Position numbers and translations under genes: made by a program. A stretch of DNA of 64,000 bases from a virus (lineage: Duplodnaviria; Caudoviricetes): the IMG/VR virus record IMGVR_UViG_3300034170_000089, positions 1,094 through 65,093 of that record; one strand, given 5' to 3'. Below the pieces are notes generated by a model. It saw only the letters and a program-made list of their open reading frames with translations, was not told the origin of the DNA and did no database searches. The stretch's first letter is position 1. Every line of letters starts with the position of its first letter. This document shows positions 44,794 to 53,894 of this stretch, one piece after another.

Positions 44794-44835
44794 TTGGCAT
44801 TGACGCCAATATAGCAATGCTGGCAAAGTCGCCAA
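44794..44835 (+). promoter_or_regulatory. Rightward promoter with two operator-like palindromes (OR-like)
   Basis: TTGGCATTGACGCCAA and CTGGCAAAGTCGCCAA; TTGACG-18 nt-CAAAGT with TGn. Confidence 0.7.
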
Positions 44836-44839
44836 CAAG

Positions 44840-45169
44840 ATGACCCGCAAGAGCTCCCCCGCGATGCGACTGGTAGGGCGGGAGATCCGGTCGAGCCGGA
44901 AGGCTAGCCGGACCACCCAAGAGCAGCTCGCCACCGCCATCGAGACCGACAAAACGAGCGTTTCGCACATCGAGGCTGGACGGCAGGAGGTCAACATCTC
45001 CCGTCTCGCGAGGATCGCCCGGCGACTCCGGGTGACCGTCTCCAGCCTCGTGGCTCCTCTCGACGGGCCGCTTGGTCGGCAGGTCGTCCATGGCCCGGCA
45101 TCCTGTCCCACGACCGAGGTACCGGCAAGACCCCAGGTGAATGCGCGTCGTACGTTCAGCGTGACGTGA
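44840..45169 (+). CDS. Cro-like XRE HTH regulator
   Basis: TQEQLATAIETDKTSVSHIEAGRQEVNISRLARIA. Confidence 0.85.
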   Translation: MTRKSSPAMRLVGREIRSSRKASRTTQEQLATAIETDKTSVSHIEAGRQEVNISRLARIARRLRVTVSSLVAPLDGPLGRQVVHGPASCPTTEVPARPQVNARRTFSVT

Positions 45170-45215
45170 ATTACACGGTGTGAATCGGTTCAACGTCACA
45201 GAAAGGGAGCGAGAC

Positions 45216-45494
45216 ATGGTGGAACTGCAACGGGCAGCAGAGAGCTACACGCCGCTGGCCGCGCGCCTGGTGGCGCAGAGGCCGGGCGTCCATGGTGGCC
45301 CGCTGTTCCGGGGCCTCCTGTTCGTGGTCGCCATCTACGTCGCGGGCTACGGGGCGTGGGAGCTGATCCGGCGCAACTACCCCAGGCTCGCGCTCGTCGT
45401 GGCGACTGGCGCGGGCATCCTGATCCTCGGCGTCGCCGTGGTCGCGGTCGTCCTCCTCACCGGAGACGGGATCCGCGCTTGGAGGCGCCGATGA
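45216..45494 (+). CDS. Membrane protein
   Basis: Two TM helices; RBS AAGGGAG. Confidence 0.6.
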   Translation: MVELQRAAESYTPLAARLVAQRPGVHGGPLFRGLLFVVAIYVAGYGAWELIRRNYPRLALVVATGAGILILGVAVVAVVLLTGDGIRAWRRR

Positions 45495-45676
45495 ACCCGC
45501 GCCTCCCCGAGGAAGACCGCTGTGCCGTCTGCGGCAAGCAGGCGCACCAGCAGGGACACCTGCTCAAGCTCTGCGACACCTGCGCTCGGGACTACCTGAA
45601 CTCCCCCGAGCACACCGAGGCCGTCACCGCGAGGTCGAGGTGGGTGCAGCGGGTCCGGAAGGAGAAGCGCTCGTGA
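45491..45676 (+). CDS. Small zinc-finger protein
   Basis: CAVC...CDTC; RBS GGAGG. Confidence 0.55.
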   Translation: MNPRLPEEDRCAVCGKQAHQQGHLLKLCDTCARDYLNSPEHTEAVTARSRWVQRVRKEKRS

Positions 45677-45855
45677 AGCACCTCCCGTCCGCAGCCGCCG
45701 CGTCGGAGGCGCTGAGCATGGCCAAGTTCTACGCGCACTCGCACCGCTTCGAGCCCGACGAGAAGCTCGCGATCGATCTCGGCCTGGAAGAGCTGGCCGA
45801 CGAACTGTTCTTCCTCCGAGCGGTAGAGGCGCCTCCGGTTGGAGGGGTGCAGTGA
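45673..45855 (+). CDS. Hypothetical protein
   Basis: GTGA overlaps. Confidence 0.5.
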   Translation: MKHLPSAAAASEALSMAKFYAHSHRFEPDEKLAIDLGLEELADELFFLRAVEAPPVGGVQ

Positions 45856-46115
45856 CCGGCAAGCACTCCGTCCTCTACGAGCTGCGGGCGAACGGGGTCC
45901 GCCTGGCGGAGCTCTCCGACCTCGAGATCCGCCGCATCGAGCGGACCGCGCCCGACCTCATCGTCGCGATCTGTCCATGCTGCTCGGCCAGCGCTCCCCG
46001 CGCACGCGCCGGCACCGAGTGCACCTGGTGCCGCGACCACGGCCACGAACCGCCCGCCGCAACCAAGCCGTGGCAGCCGCCCCCGGCCGACCACGCTGAC
46101 GACATCGAATACTGA
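45852..46115 (+). CDS. Hypothetical Cys-containing protein
   Basis: CPCC...CTWC; RBS GGAGG. Confidence 0.5.
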   Translation: MTGKHSVLYELRANGVRLAELSDLEIRRIERTAPDLIVAICPCCSASAPRARAGTECTWCRDHGHEPPAATKPWQPPPADHADDIEY

Positions 46116-46123
46116 GGGCACGA

Positions 46124-46594
46124 ATGAAGACGCTCTTCTTGCTGATCGTGATGATGTCCGTTCCGGCGCCGGTGTCGGCTGGAGGGCCTGCCGAGGCCTC
46201 GCCGAGCGCCGTCGACCTCGCCATCCGAGAGCTCAGGCGGTGCCACAACTCCGAGGCGACGCTGATCGTCGGCTTGGAGCAGTCCAGCGCGCAACTCAGG
46301 GAGACGACGGCCGTCCTGCGCCGCATCAACGCTCAGGGGCGCGAGGAGATCCGCCGCCGGAAGGAGGAGGACGAGCGGCTCTACGCCGAGGACAACGTCC
46401 ACGCGTGCATGGTCGCCACGGTCAGCGTCGGCATCGGCTGCGCCTCCAGCGGGATTCATCCGATCGGCTACATGATGGTCTCGGGGGACGACCACTGCGA
46501 GTTCGCCCCCGGATACCGGTCGATGTTCTGCACGTTCCGTCACGCGACGTGCCGCCCCGCCTCCGATGGCGAGGGCTGGGAGTGCGGACCGTGA
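46124..46594 (+). CDS. Signal-peptide, Cys-rich protein
   Basis: MKTLFLLIVMMSVPAPVSA signal; coiled coil; several C-terminal cysteines. Confidence 0.6.
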   Translation: MKTLFLLIVMMSVPAPVSAGGPAEASPSAVDLAIRELRRCHNSEATLIVGLEQSSAQLRETTAVLRRINAQGREEIRRRKEEDERLYAEDNVHACMVATVSVGIGCASSGIHPIGYMMVSGDDHCEFAPGYRSMFCTFRHATCRPASDGEGWECGP

Positions 46595-46893
46595 ACTGCG
46601 CGCTCCCAGGCTGCACCCGCTACCCAGGCGTCCTGATCCACACCGGGTCCGGCATCTACATGCACCGTGCGTGCGTCATTGAGCAGGACCGCCGCTCCGA
46701 GGCCTCCGAGGTGGCGGACTGGGCGATCGACCGGACGCGCATGGAGTCCGAGGGCGCACTGCGCCAGCAACCCCCGAAGCGTCGCCCGATGCTCACCGAC
46801 GGCATGACGGTGAAGGAGCGCGCCGTCGCGCTCGGGGTTCCCCTCGGGACGCTCTACAGGCGGCTCAGCCGCGAGAGGAGGGTGGCGGCGTGA
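46591..46893 (+). CDS. Protein with C-terminal HTH-like motif
   Basis: MTVKERAVALGVPLGTLYRRL. Confidence 0.55.
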   Translation: MNCALPGCTRYPGVLIHTGSGIYMHRACVIEQDRRSEASEVADWAIDRTRMESEGALRQQPPKRRPMLTDGMTVKERAVALGVPLGTLYRRLSRERRVAA

Positions 46894-47258
46894 GCGCTCG
46901 CGATGCCGACCCGACCCTGATGGCCGACCTGCTCGCCATCCTCTGCGCGCACCACGTCGGTGCGGCGAACGCGGCCACCGGGCGCGTGCTGCTCCAGCAG
47001 CTCCGCCAGCAGCGGCCCAGGGCGCATCTTCGCCGCGTCGGTGAGGCCGTCGCCGCCCTCATCGACCTCGGCGTGCCGATCGCCTCCAGTTCGACCGATC
47101 GCCCTGGGTACTTCATCCCGGCCAATGAGGCCGAGCGGAAGCGCGCATGCCGCGAGCTCGACGGCCGAATCGCCAAGCTCGCCCGGCGCAAGAAGGCGTT
47201 CATGCGCGCGGGCCGGCCCACCAAGCAGTTCTCGCTCAAGCTCCCGAGGTCGCGATGA
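46890..47258 (+). CDS. Winged-HTH-like phage protein
   Basis: HVGAANA...LRRV...LIDLGVPIASS...GYFI. Confidence 0.65.
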   Translation: MSARDADPTLMADLLAILCAHHVGAANAATGRVLLQQLRQQRPRAHLRRVGEAVAALIDLGVPIASSSTDRPGYFIPANEAERKRACRELDGRIAKLARRKKAFMRAGRPTKQFSLKLPRSR

Positions 47259-47998
47259 GCTGGGAGGTCAGGCTTGGGAGCTGCCTCGATCCGGTCTCCG
47301 GTCTCGCGTCGCTCGCGGACGGCTCGGTGGACCTGATGTGCAGCGACGCTCCATACGAGGGCGAGGCGCACACCAAGGGGCGCCGGATCAAGGTCGGGAA
47401 GGGCACGAACCGCGGCGTCCGAGAGGCGCCGCTCCCGTTCGCTGCGATGACGGAGGAGACCCGGGTTCGGTTCGCCGCGGAGTCGGTGAGGGTCTGCCAG
47501 CGCTGGTCGCTCGTCTTCGGCCAGATCGAAGCGCTCCATCTCTGGCGCGGCGCCTTCGAGGCGACCGGGCGGGCCCGGTATATCCGCACTCTTCTGCACG
47601 TTAAGTCGAACCCCCAGCCCCAACTCACGGGCGACCGGCCGGGCGTCGGCTACGAGGCGTGCTTCGCCTTCTGGTGCGGGAAGCCCGCGGATATCCGCTG
47701 GAACGGCGGCGGGCGCTGCGGGGTCTACTACGCGGTTAGCGAGTGGGGACACGGCCGCCCCGCGCCGCACCCGACCACGAAGCCGATCGACCTCATGCGC
47801 CAGATCGTGCGCGACTTCTCCGACCACGGAAACCTCGTCATCGATGGCTTCGCGGGGAGCGGCACCACGATCGTCGCGGCACGGCAGCTCGGCCGGCGCG
47901 GGATCGGGTGGGAGATCGATCCCGGCTACCACGCGAAGGCTTTGGGCCGCGTTGGGACTGCCCGCGAGCAGCTCGGACTGTGGATGGGGGCTGCATGA
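47255..47998 (+). CDS. DNA methyltransferase (N4/N6, beta-type)
   Basis: Motif IV variant SDAPY, HPTTKP, motif I IDGFAGSGTT, GIGWEID. Confidence 0.85.
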   Translation: MSWEVRLGSCLDPVSGLASLADGSVDLMCSDAPYEGEAHTKGRRIKVGKGTNRGVREAPLPFAAMTEETRVRFAAESVRVCQRWSLVFGQIEALHLWRGAFEATGRARYIRTLLHVKSNPQPQLTGDRPGVGYEACFAFWCGKPADIRWNGGGRCGVYYAVSEWGHGRPAPHPTTKPIDLMRQIVRDFSDHGNLVIDGFAGSGTTIVAARQLGRRGIGWEIDPGYHAKALGRVGTAREQLGLWMGAA

Positions 47999-48324
47999 TC
48001 TACGTGGACGACCTGGTGGCCCACCCGGTGTCGGCCTACCACGATGCACAGGCGCGGCGCGTGGGCGCGAAGAACGGCGACCGCTGGTGCCACCTCTACG
48101 CCGACACGCCGGAGGAGCTCCACGCGGCCGCGGCGCGGATCGGCATGCGCCGGAGCTGGGCTCAGACCTCGAGGACCGGGGTGGAGCACTACGACCTGAC
48201 GCCGGGCCGGCGCGCTCACGCGGTGGCCGCTGGAGCGCGCGAGCTCGCCCGACACGAGGTGATGGTCCTGGTCATCCGACCCCAGCGCCAGCGACTGGCC
48301 GAGCAGACGGGGAGGGCCTCCTGA
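47995..48324 (+). CDS. DUF4031-family protein
   Basis: IYVDD, WCHLYADT.EELH, HYDLT. Confidence 0.8.
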   Translation: MIYVDDLVAHPVSAYHDAQARRVGAKNGDRWCHLYADTPEELHAAAARIGMRRSWAQTSRTGVEHYDLTPGRRAHAVAAGARELARHEVMVLVIRPQRQRLAEQTGRAS

Positions 48325-49217
48325 TGCCGGTCGGAGTCACCACCGTGCCGGTCGATCCGGCCAAGCCGAGAGGCGAGGGCTGTCCGGCTCCGAAGCCGGT
48401 CAAGCCGGAGCGCTGCGGGGCGTGCGGCGGCTACGGGCACTCGCTGAGCCGGTTCACCTACCAGTCGGAGCGGTGCCCGTTCTGCAGCGGGACCGGCAAG
48501 GTAGTGGCCGATGGCCGCGGCGCTGGTGCGCGCCCAGTTCTCGGCCCAGGCCGTGAGGAGGGCCGGGTGAAGCACTCCAGGCCCCGAAACGTGCCGCACG
48601 GCCGCGTGAGGAACCCGGTGACCGAGACCAACTCTCGGCGCGTGGTGCGCCTCGGCGGGAAGGCGCTGACCGAACCAGGCCGGCCCGCGCTGTGCTTCCT
48701 CTACGAAGACCTGGCGGAGCTGGAGGACCTCGCGCGGCCGCAACCGGTGTTCGGCCAGTACCCGGCCAGCCTGATCCCCAAGGTCCTCCCCTGGCTCAAG
48801 TGCGACCGGAGCGAGGTCCTGCACGTTTGCTCTGGCGCGCTGCCGCGGGGCGAGGGGATCCGGGTGGACATTCGGCCCGAGGCGCAGCCGGACATCCTGG
48901 CGGACGGGCGCGCTCTGCCGCTCGCTGATGGCTCGGTGGAGGCCGTGATGCTCGACCCGCCCTACACCGAGCACTACGCCAAGGACCTCTACGGCGTGGA
49001 GTACCCGCGCCCCAGCCATCTCCTGCGCGAGGCGGCGCGGGTGGTGCGGCCGTGCGGAAGGATCTGTTTCGTCCACTACATCACGCCGAATCCCCCCCCC
49101 AATTGCCGCGTAGTGAAGGTGTTCGGGCTCTCGACTGGGTTCGGGTTCCCGATGCGCGCGGTGACCATCTACGAGCGCGACCAGGACGATCTCCCGACGG
49201 CTGGGAGGGCTTCGTGA
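48324..49217 (+). CDS. DNA methyltransferase-like protein with N-terminal CxxCxGxG zinc finger (second possible start at 48567)
   Basis: CGACGGYG/CPFCSGTG then FGQYP, VLHVCSG, VDIRPE, MLDPPY, EAARVVRPCG in one frame. Confidence 0.75.
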   Translation: MPVGVTTVPVDPAKPRGEGCPAPKPVKPERCGACGGYGHSLSRFTYQSERCPFCSGTGKVVADGRGAGARPVLGPGREEGRVKHSRPRNVPHGRVRNPVTETNSRRVVRLGGKALTEPGRPALCFLYEDLAELEDLARPQPVFGQYPASLIPKVLPWLKCDRSEVLHVCSGALPRGEGIRVDIRPEAQPDILADGRALPLADGSVEAVMLDPPYTEHYAKDLYGVEYPRPSHLLREAARVVRPCGRICFVHYITPNPPPNCRVVKVFGLSTGFGFPMRAVTIYERDQDDLPTAGRAS

Positions 49218-49663
49218 TGGCGCTCGCCCTGGTCCCGATCACGCTCCGGGAGGCCAACGCCTTCGTGCTCCAGCACCACCGGCACCACAAGCCCGCAAGG
49301 GGCTGCATTCTCGTTTTGGGAGCCGCTCATGAGGGCGGGGTGTGCGGGGTGGCGATCGTGGGGCGCCCGGTGGCGCGTCGGCTGCAGGACGGCTGGACGG
49401 CCGAGGTGGTCCGCCTGGCCACCGACGGCTCTCGGAATGCCTGCTCGCTGCTCTACGGCGCCGCGTGGCGGGCGGCGCGCGCCATCGGCTACCGGCGGCT
49501 CGTGACCTACACGCTGCCCGAGGAGGGCGGTGCATCGCTGCGCGCTGCCGGCTGGCGCTGCCTGGGTGAGGCCGGCGGTGGGACCTGGAGCCGGAGGGCG
49601 CGGCCGCGCGTCGATCTCGCCCCCACCCAGACCAAGCTCCGCTGGGAAAGGACGGCAGCATGA
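49217..49663 (+). CDS. XF1762-family protein (Mom/GNAT-like)
   Basis: ANAFV..HHRHHKP, GVAIVGRPVAR, RLATDG.RNACSLLY, LVTYT, GASLRAAGW. Confidence 0.8.
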   Translation: MALALVPITLREANAFVLQHHRHHKPARGCILVLGAAHEGGVCGVAIVGRPVARRLQDGWTAEVVRLATDGSRNACSLLYGAAWRAARAIGYRRLVTYTLPEEGGASLRAAGWRCLGEAGGGTWSRRARPRVDLAPTQTKLRWERTAA

Positions 49664-49953
49664 CGCGGGCGAGGACGCGGGAGCTCGAGATCCCGACGGT
49701 CGAGGAGTGGCTGGCCCAGCAGAGGGTGCTGGAGGAGCGGCGCGCGAGGCTGGCGCTGCTGGAGGAGGAACTGGAGCCCCTCCCGTGCCCCTCGGAGCTG
49801 GAGCGGATCACCCGCGTGATTCGGCCGGAGGAGCTGAACCAGCGCCCGCGCGCGATGCTGGACCACCGCGAGGTGTCACCCCGGCCGTCCCTCGGCCTCA
49901 CGTCCCTGCCGGTCGATCCCAACCGCCACAGGAAGATTGGGAGGAGCGAGTGA
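49660..49953 (+). CDS. Hypothetical protein
   Basis: Coupled ORF. Confidence 0.5.
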   Translation: MTRARTRELEIPTVEEWLAQQRVLEERRARLALLEEELEPLPCPSELERITRVIRPEELNQRPRAMLDHREVSPRPSLGLTSLPVDPNRHRKIGRSE

Positions 49954-50327
49954 CCAGCGCGCAACCTGCCCCCGAGGTGGCCCGCATCTCCGCAGCGCTC
50001 CAGGCGCGCCGGTTCCGCCACACGAACGAGAAGGAACTCCAGGACGGCATCGAGTCGGTCCTGACGGAGATCGGGGCCCGGTTCGAGCGGGAGAAGCAGC
50101 TCGGCCCGAAAGACCGCGTCGACTTCTTCGTCAAGGCCGGGATCGCCCTGGAGGTGAAGATCAAGGGCTCCCTCGCCGACGTGACGCGCCAACTCCACCG
50201 CTACGCCGAGCACGACCAGGTCCAATCGATCCTGCTCGTCACAGCGAAGGCGCGACTCGGCGCGCTCCCGGAGACGCTGCGCGGCAAGCCGGTTCGGGTC
50301 GTGGCGCTTCTTGGAGGGATCTCCTAG
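49950..50327 (+). CDS. PD-(D/E)xK-type nuclease-like protein
   Basis: EKELQ, RVDF...IALEVK...QLHRY. Confidence 0.65.
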   Translation: MTSAQPAPEVARISAALQARRFRHTNEKELQDGIESVLTEIGARFEREKQLGPKDRVDFFVKAGIALEVKIKGSLADVTRQLHRYAEHDQVQSILLVTAKARLGALPETLRGKPVRVVALLGGIS

Positions 50328-52031
50328 ATGGCTCGTGTTTACGGGAAAGTAACGCTCAAGGGCGGCGCCTGGCGCATCGAGGCGGAGCCGCACGTCATCA
50401 TCCGGATCAAGCGTGTATTACAGCGAATCTCCAAGAGTGAATACGGCTCGGTCAGCCTGACCGACACCTCCGAGAACTGCGCCGAACTGGCGTGGTTTTT
50501 GGAACGGTACCCGATGGAGGTGGAGCAGGCCGACCACCTCTACGGCCGCGCCGAGAAGCACCGGAAGGGCGAGGAGCGCGCGCAGCTCATCATCGACGGT
50601 TCGTACACAGCGAGGGCATTCTCCCTCGCGATCCCGCCGCGCGACTACCAATCCCAAGCCGCGGAGCTGGCGCTCCAGCGCGGGAGCCTGCTCCTCGGCG
50701 ACGACCTCGGCATCGGCAAGACGTGCAGCGCCATCTGTGTGATCTCCGACCCCGCGGCGCGGCCGGCGCTGGTGGTGACCGCCACCCACCTGACCCGGCA
50801 GTGGGAGAACGAGTTGCACCGGTTCGCCCCCGGTCTGCATGTTCACGTGATCAAGAAGGGCCAGCCCTACGACCTGCTCGCGCGCCGGCGTGGGGACACA
50901 ACCAGCACGCTCCCGGGGATGAACGCCTTCCCCGACGTGCTGATCATCACCTACTCGAAGCTCTCGGGCTGGGCGGACGTGCTTCGCGGCAAGGTGCGCT
51001 CGTGCATCTTCGATGAGGGCCAGGAGCTCCGCCACAACGACTCGGCCAAGTACAACGCCGCGGAGCACATCGCGGGTGGCGCCGCGATCAAGATAGCCCT
51101 CACCGCGACCCCCATCTACAACTACGGCGCGGAGATTCACAACGTGTTGAACGTCATCGCCCCTGGCGCGCTGGGGACGCTGGACGAGTTCACCCGCGAG
51201 TGGTGCGGGTCCTACGGCGACTCGCGGAAGATGATCAAGGACCCGCGCGCCTTCGGTACCTACATGCGGGAGCAGGCGCTCATGCTGCGCCGCCGACGCG
51301 CCGACGTGGGCCGCGAGCTGCCCCCGGTCCAGATCATCCCGCACGTGGTCGACGCCGACGAGAAGCCGCTCGACGACATCAAGACCGCGGCGACCGAGCT
51401 CGCCAAGATCATCCTCTCCCAGGGCGGCCAGGAGCGTGGAGCCCAGTTCCGCGCAGCCGAGGAGCTCTCCAACCGCCTGCGCCAGGCAACCGGCATCGCG
51501 AAGGCGCGCTACGTTGCCGCGTTCGTCCGGATGCTGGTCGAGCAAGACGGCCCGGTGCTCCTCTTCGGCTGGCATCGAGCCGTCTACGACATCTGGATGG
51601 ACCTGCTCAAGGACTTGAACCCGGTGCTCTACACCGGCTCCGAGAGCCCCCTCCAGAAGGCCCAGGCGGCGAGCGACTTCCTCACGGGAAAGTCGAAGGC
51701 GATGATCATGTCGCTGCGCTCCGGGCTCGGCTTGGACGGGCTCCAGAAGGTCTGCCGAAACGCCGTCTTCGGTGAGCTCGACTGGAGCCCTGGCGTCCAC
51801 GAGCAGTGCGTCGGTCGCCTACTCCGAGATGACCTGCTCGGCCAGATCGCAGCCTACTACCTGTACGCGGAGACCGGCTCCGACCCGACCATCATGGATG
51901 TGCTCAACGTGAAGAAACAACAGGTCGAGGGCATCCGCGATCCGAACGGCGACCTCGTGACCAGGCTCGAGACGGACCCGGAACGGATCCGGAAGTTGGC
52001 CTCGTCGTGGCTGGAAAGGATGGCCGCCTGA
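50328..52031 (+). CDS. SNF2-family helicase
   Basis: RDYQ, DDLGIGKT, IFDEGQ, LTATP, GLDGL, ELDWSP, QCVGRL. Confidence 0.9.
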   Translation: MARVYGKVTLKGGAWRIEAEPHVIIRIKRVLQRISKSEYGSVSLTDTSENCAELAWFLERYPMEVEQADHLYGRAEKHRKGEERAQLIIDGSYTARAFSLAIPPRDYQSQAAELALQRGSLLLGDDLGIGKTCSAICVISDPAARPALVVTATHLTRQWENELHRFAPGLHVHVIKKGQPYDLLARRRGDTTSTLPGMNAFPDVLIITYSKLSGWADVLRGKVRSCIFDEGQELRHNDSAKYNAAEHIAGGAAIKIALTATPIYNYGAEIHNVLNVIAPGALGTLDEFTREWCGSYGDSRKMIKDPRAFGTYMREQALMLRRRRADVGRELPPVQIIPHVVDADEKPLDDIKTAATELAKIILSQGGQERGAQFRAAEELSNRLRQATGIAKARYVAAFVRMLVEQDGPVLLFGWHRAVYDIWMDLLKDLNPVLYTGSESPLQKAQAASDFLTGKSKAMIMSLRSGLGLDGLQKVCRNAVFGELDWSPGVHEQCVGRLLRDDLLGQIAAYYLYAETGSDPTIMDVLNVKKQQVEGIRDPNGDLVTRLETDPERIRKLASSWLERMAA

Positions 52032-53131
52032 TGCCGAAGCGACTCATCGACGACTCGCTCCTGAACTCCCCCTCGATGGCGCTGCTCTCGCCGCGCGCGC
52101 AGGACGCCTTCCCGCGCTTCATCCTGCTCGCCGACGACTTCGGGTGCTTCGAGGTCCACCCCAGGACGCTCCTGGCGCGCGGCTGGCCTGACCGGATGGA
52201 CGTCTCCGAGCAGGAGCTGTCCGGGTGGCTCGAGGAGTACGCCGAGAAGCACCAGCCTGGTGAGCCGCCGATGGCGCTGGTCTGGACCGAGCGCGGGCGC
52301 CGCTACTGCTTCCTCACGGGCTGGTTCGGCGGCCATGGCCAGCGCAAGCGGGTCGAGTACATGGCCAACGGGACTGAGGCCGAGCGGAAGGGGTCCAAGC
52401 GCCGCACGCCGGCCCCTCCTGTGGACCTCCTCGCCGCCGCGATGACCGGGAACGCGCCGGGAAACCAAGTTCTCCCGGGCGGGAACACACCGGGAAGCGC
52501 AAGCGCGACCAATTCAGAAATCATAAATGATTCTCTTCCCGGGCGGGAAATTACCGGGAACGCAACACTTCCCGCCGCGGAAATTGAAGTTTCCCGGCAA
52601 AAGCCCGCGCACGCAGTACCAGTCGCAGTCGCAGTTCCATACGCAGATCCAGTCGCAGACGCATATACCCCCCTTACCCCCCGAACGCCGGAAGCTGCGC
52701 ATGCTCCTGCGGCGGCGCTGCCGGCGCAACCGGTCTCGCCGGGGGGGGAGAGACCAACCCAACTCGACGCCCGAGAGGCTCGAAGACCAGCCCGGCTCGG
52801 CGTCGGTAGCCCGGCCTGGGAGCCCTGGGAGCACTGGAGCACCAAGGCCTGGCCGAAGGTGGCCAACGGCGCTCCAGAGCCGCTCAGCGCGGCCCAGGCG
52901 CAGCGCTTGACCGAACTCTGCGGCAGGCACGGTCCCGCCGAGGTCTGCGCGCGGATGGACCGCGCCGCGGCGGACGAGTACTGGGCCGGAAAGCTCACCC
53001 TCGACATCGTCCTCGACCGGTTCGAGCGCTTCGCCGAACGCAAGGCGGGAGCGGGTCCGCCCGCCGGCGGGAAGGTAACCGCCGCAGCTTCCAAGCACAC
53101 CGAATTCACTGGAGGAAGACGTGAACTCTAG
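52031..53131 (+). CDS. Phage replication initiator
   Basis: MPKRLI...LADDFG N-domain, repeat-rich linker, C-terminal DEYWAGK.TLD domain; upstream of loader. Confidence 0.7.
   Translation: MPKRLIDDSLLNSPSMALLSPRAQDAFPRFILLADDFGCFEVHPRTLLARGWPDRMDVSEQELSGWLEEYAEKHQPGEPPMALVWTERGRRYCFLTGWFGGHGQRKRVEYMANGTEAERKGSKRRTPAPPVDLLAAAMTGNAPGNQVLPGGNTPGSASATNSEIINDSLPGREITGNATLPAAEIEVSRQKPAHAVPVAVAVPYADPVADAYTPLTPRTPEAAHAPAAALPAQPVSPGGERPTQLDAREARRPARLGVGSPAWEPWEHWSTKAWPKVANGAPEPLSAAQAQRLTELCGRHGPAEVCARMDRAAADEYWAGKLTLDIVLDRFERFAERKAGAGPPAGGKVTAAASKHTEFTGGRREL
52446..52663. repeat. Iteron-like repeats and AT-rich core (origin candidate)
   Basis: TCCCGGGCGGGAA-N4-CCGGGAA at 52473-52496 and 52537-52560 flanking AT-rich 52511-52535; further CCGGGAA and CAGTCGCAG copies. 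Confidence 0.6.
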
Positions 53132-53894
53132 CAAGCAGCCACAGCAGATCGGCGAGGTGGTCCCGGGCGTTGCGGCGCGGCTCGCCGAACACCGGCGGAG
53201 GATGGCCGAGGAGCCCGGCTACCGGGAAAGCCTCGAGGCGGACGCGAAAGCCCGAGAGGCCGAGTCGGATCGCGAGCTGGAGGCGTGGCAGCAGCGCACG
53301 CGGGAGCAGCAGACCCAGGACCGGCGCATCGCGGCCGGTATCCCGGAGCGGGTGCTGAAGCTGTTCGGAAGGATCAACAACAACGCCGCGATCGAGGCGG
53401 TCCGGGAGTTCATCGACGGCCCCGAGACGCTGCTTGTTCTCACGGGCGGAGAGGGGCCCGGGAAGACGGTGGCGGCGTGCGTGGGGCTCGACGAGTACAC
53501 CTCCCGCGTTCGGCCGGCATCGCGAGGCAGACCGGAGCGGCCCTATCGCGGCTTGCTCGTGAAGGCGCTCGATCTCGTTCGCCCAGGGACGTTCGATGCC
53601 GAGTTCTGGGATGGCCTGGCTGAGTGGGACCTACTCGTCATCGATGACATCGGAACCGAGCCCCTAGATGAGAAGGGGTGGGCGCTGGCCAATATCCACG
53701 GCCTACTCGACAAGCGGTACGACGCCGACCTCAAGACCATTCTCACGGCCAATCTGACCTGGGAGCGATTCGCGGCGCGCTACTGCCAGGACGGCGGACG
53801 CCTCCAGGGCAGGCTGCGCGAGGTCGGCGCGTTCATCGAGTTGGATGGGGAGTCACTCCGGCGCCATGTCGTCCCGTCCGGAGGTGCCCGGTGA
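53121..53894 (+). CDS. DnaC/IstB-like helicase loader
   Basis: Walker A GGEGPGKT, Walker B LLVIDDIGTE, TILTANL, RLREVG. Confidence 0.85.
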   Translation: MNSSKQPQQIGEVVPGVAARLAEHRRRMAEEPGYRESLEADAKAREAESDRELEAWQQRTREQQTQDRRIAAGIPERVLKLFGRINNNAAIEAVREFIDGPETLLVLTGGEGPGKTVAACVGLDEYTSRVRPASRGRPERPYRGLLVKALDLVRPGTFDAEFWDGLAEWDLLVIDDIGTEPLDEKGWALANIHGLLDKRYDADLKTILTANLTWERFAARYCQDGGRLQGRLREVGAFIELDGESLRRHVVPSGGAR

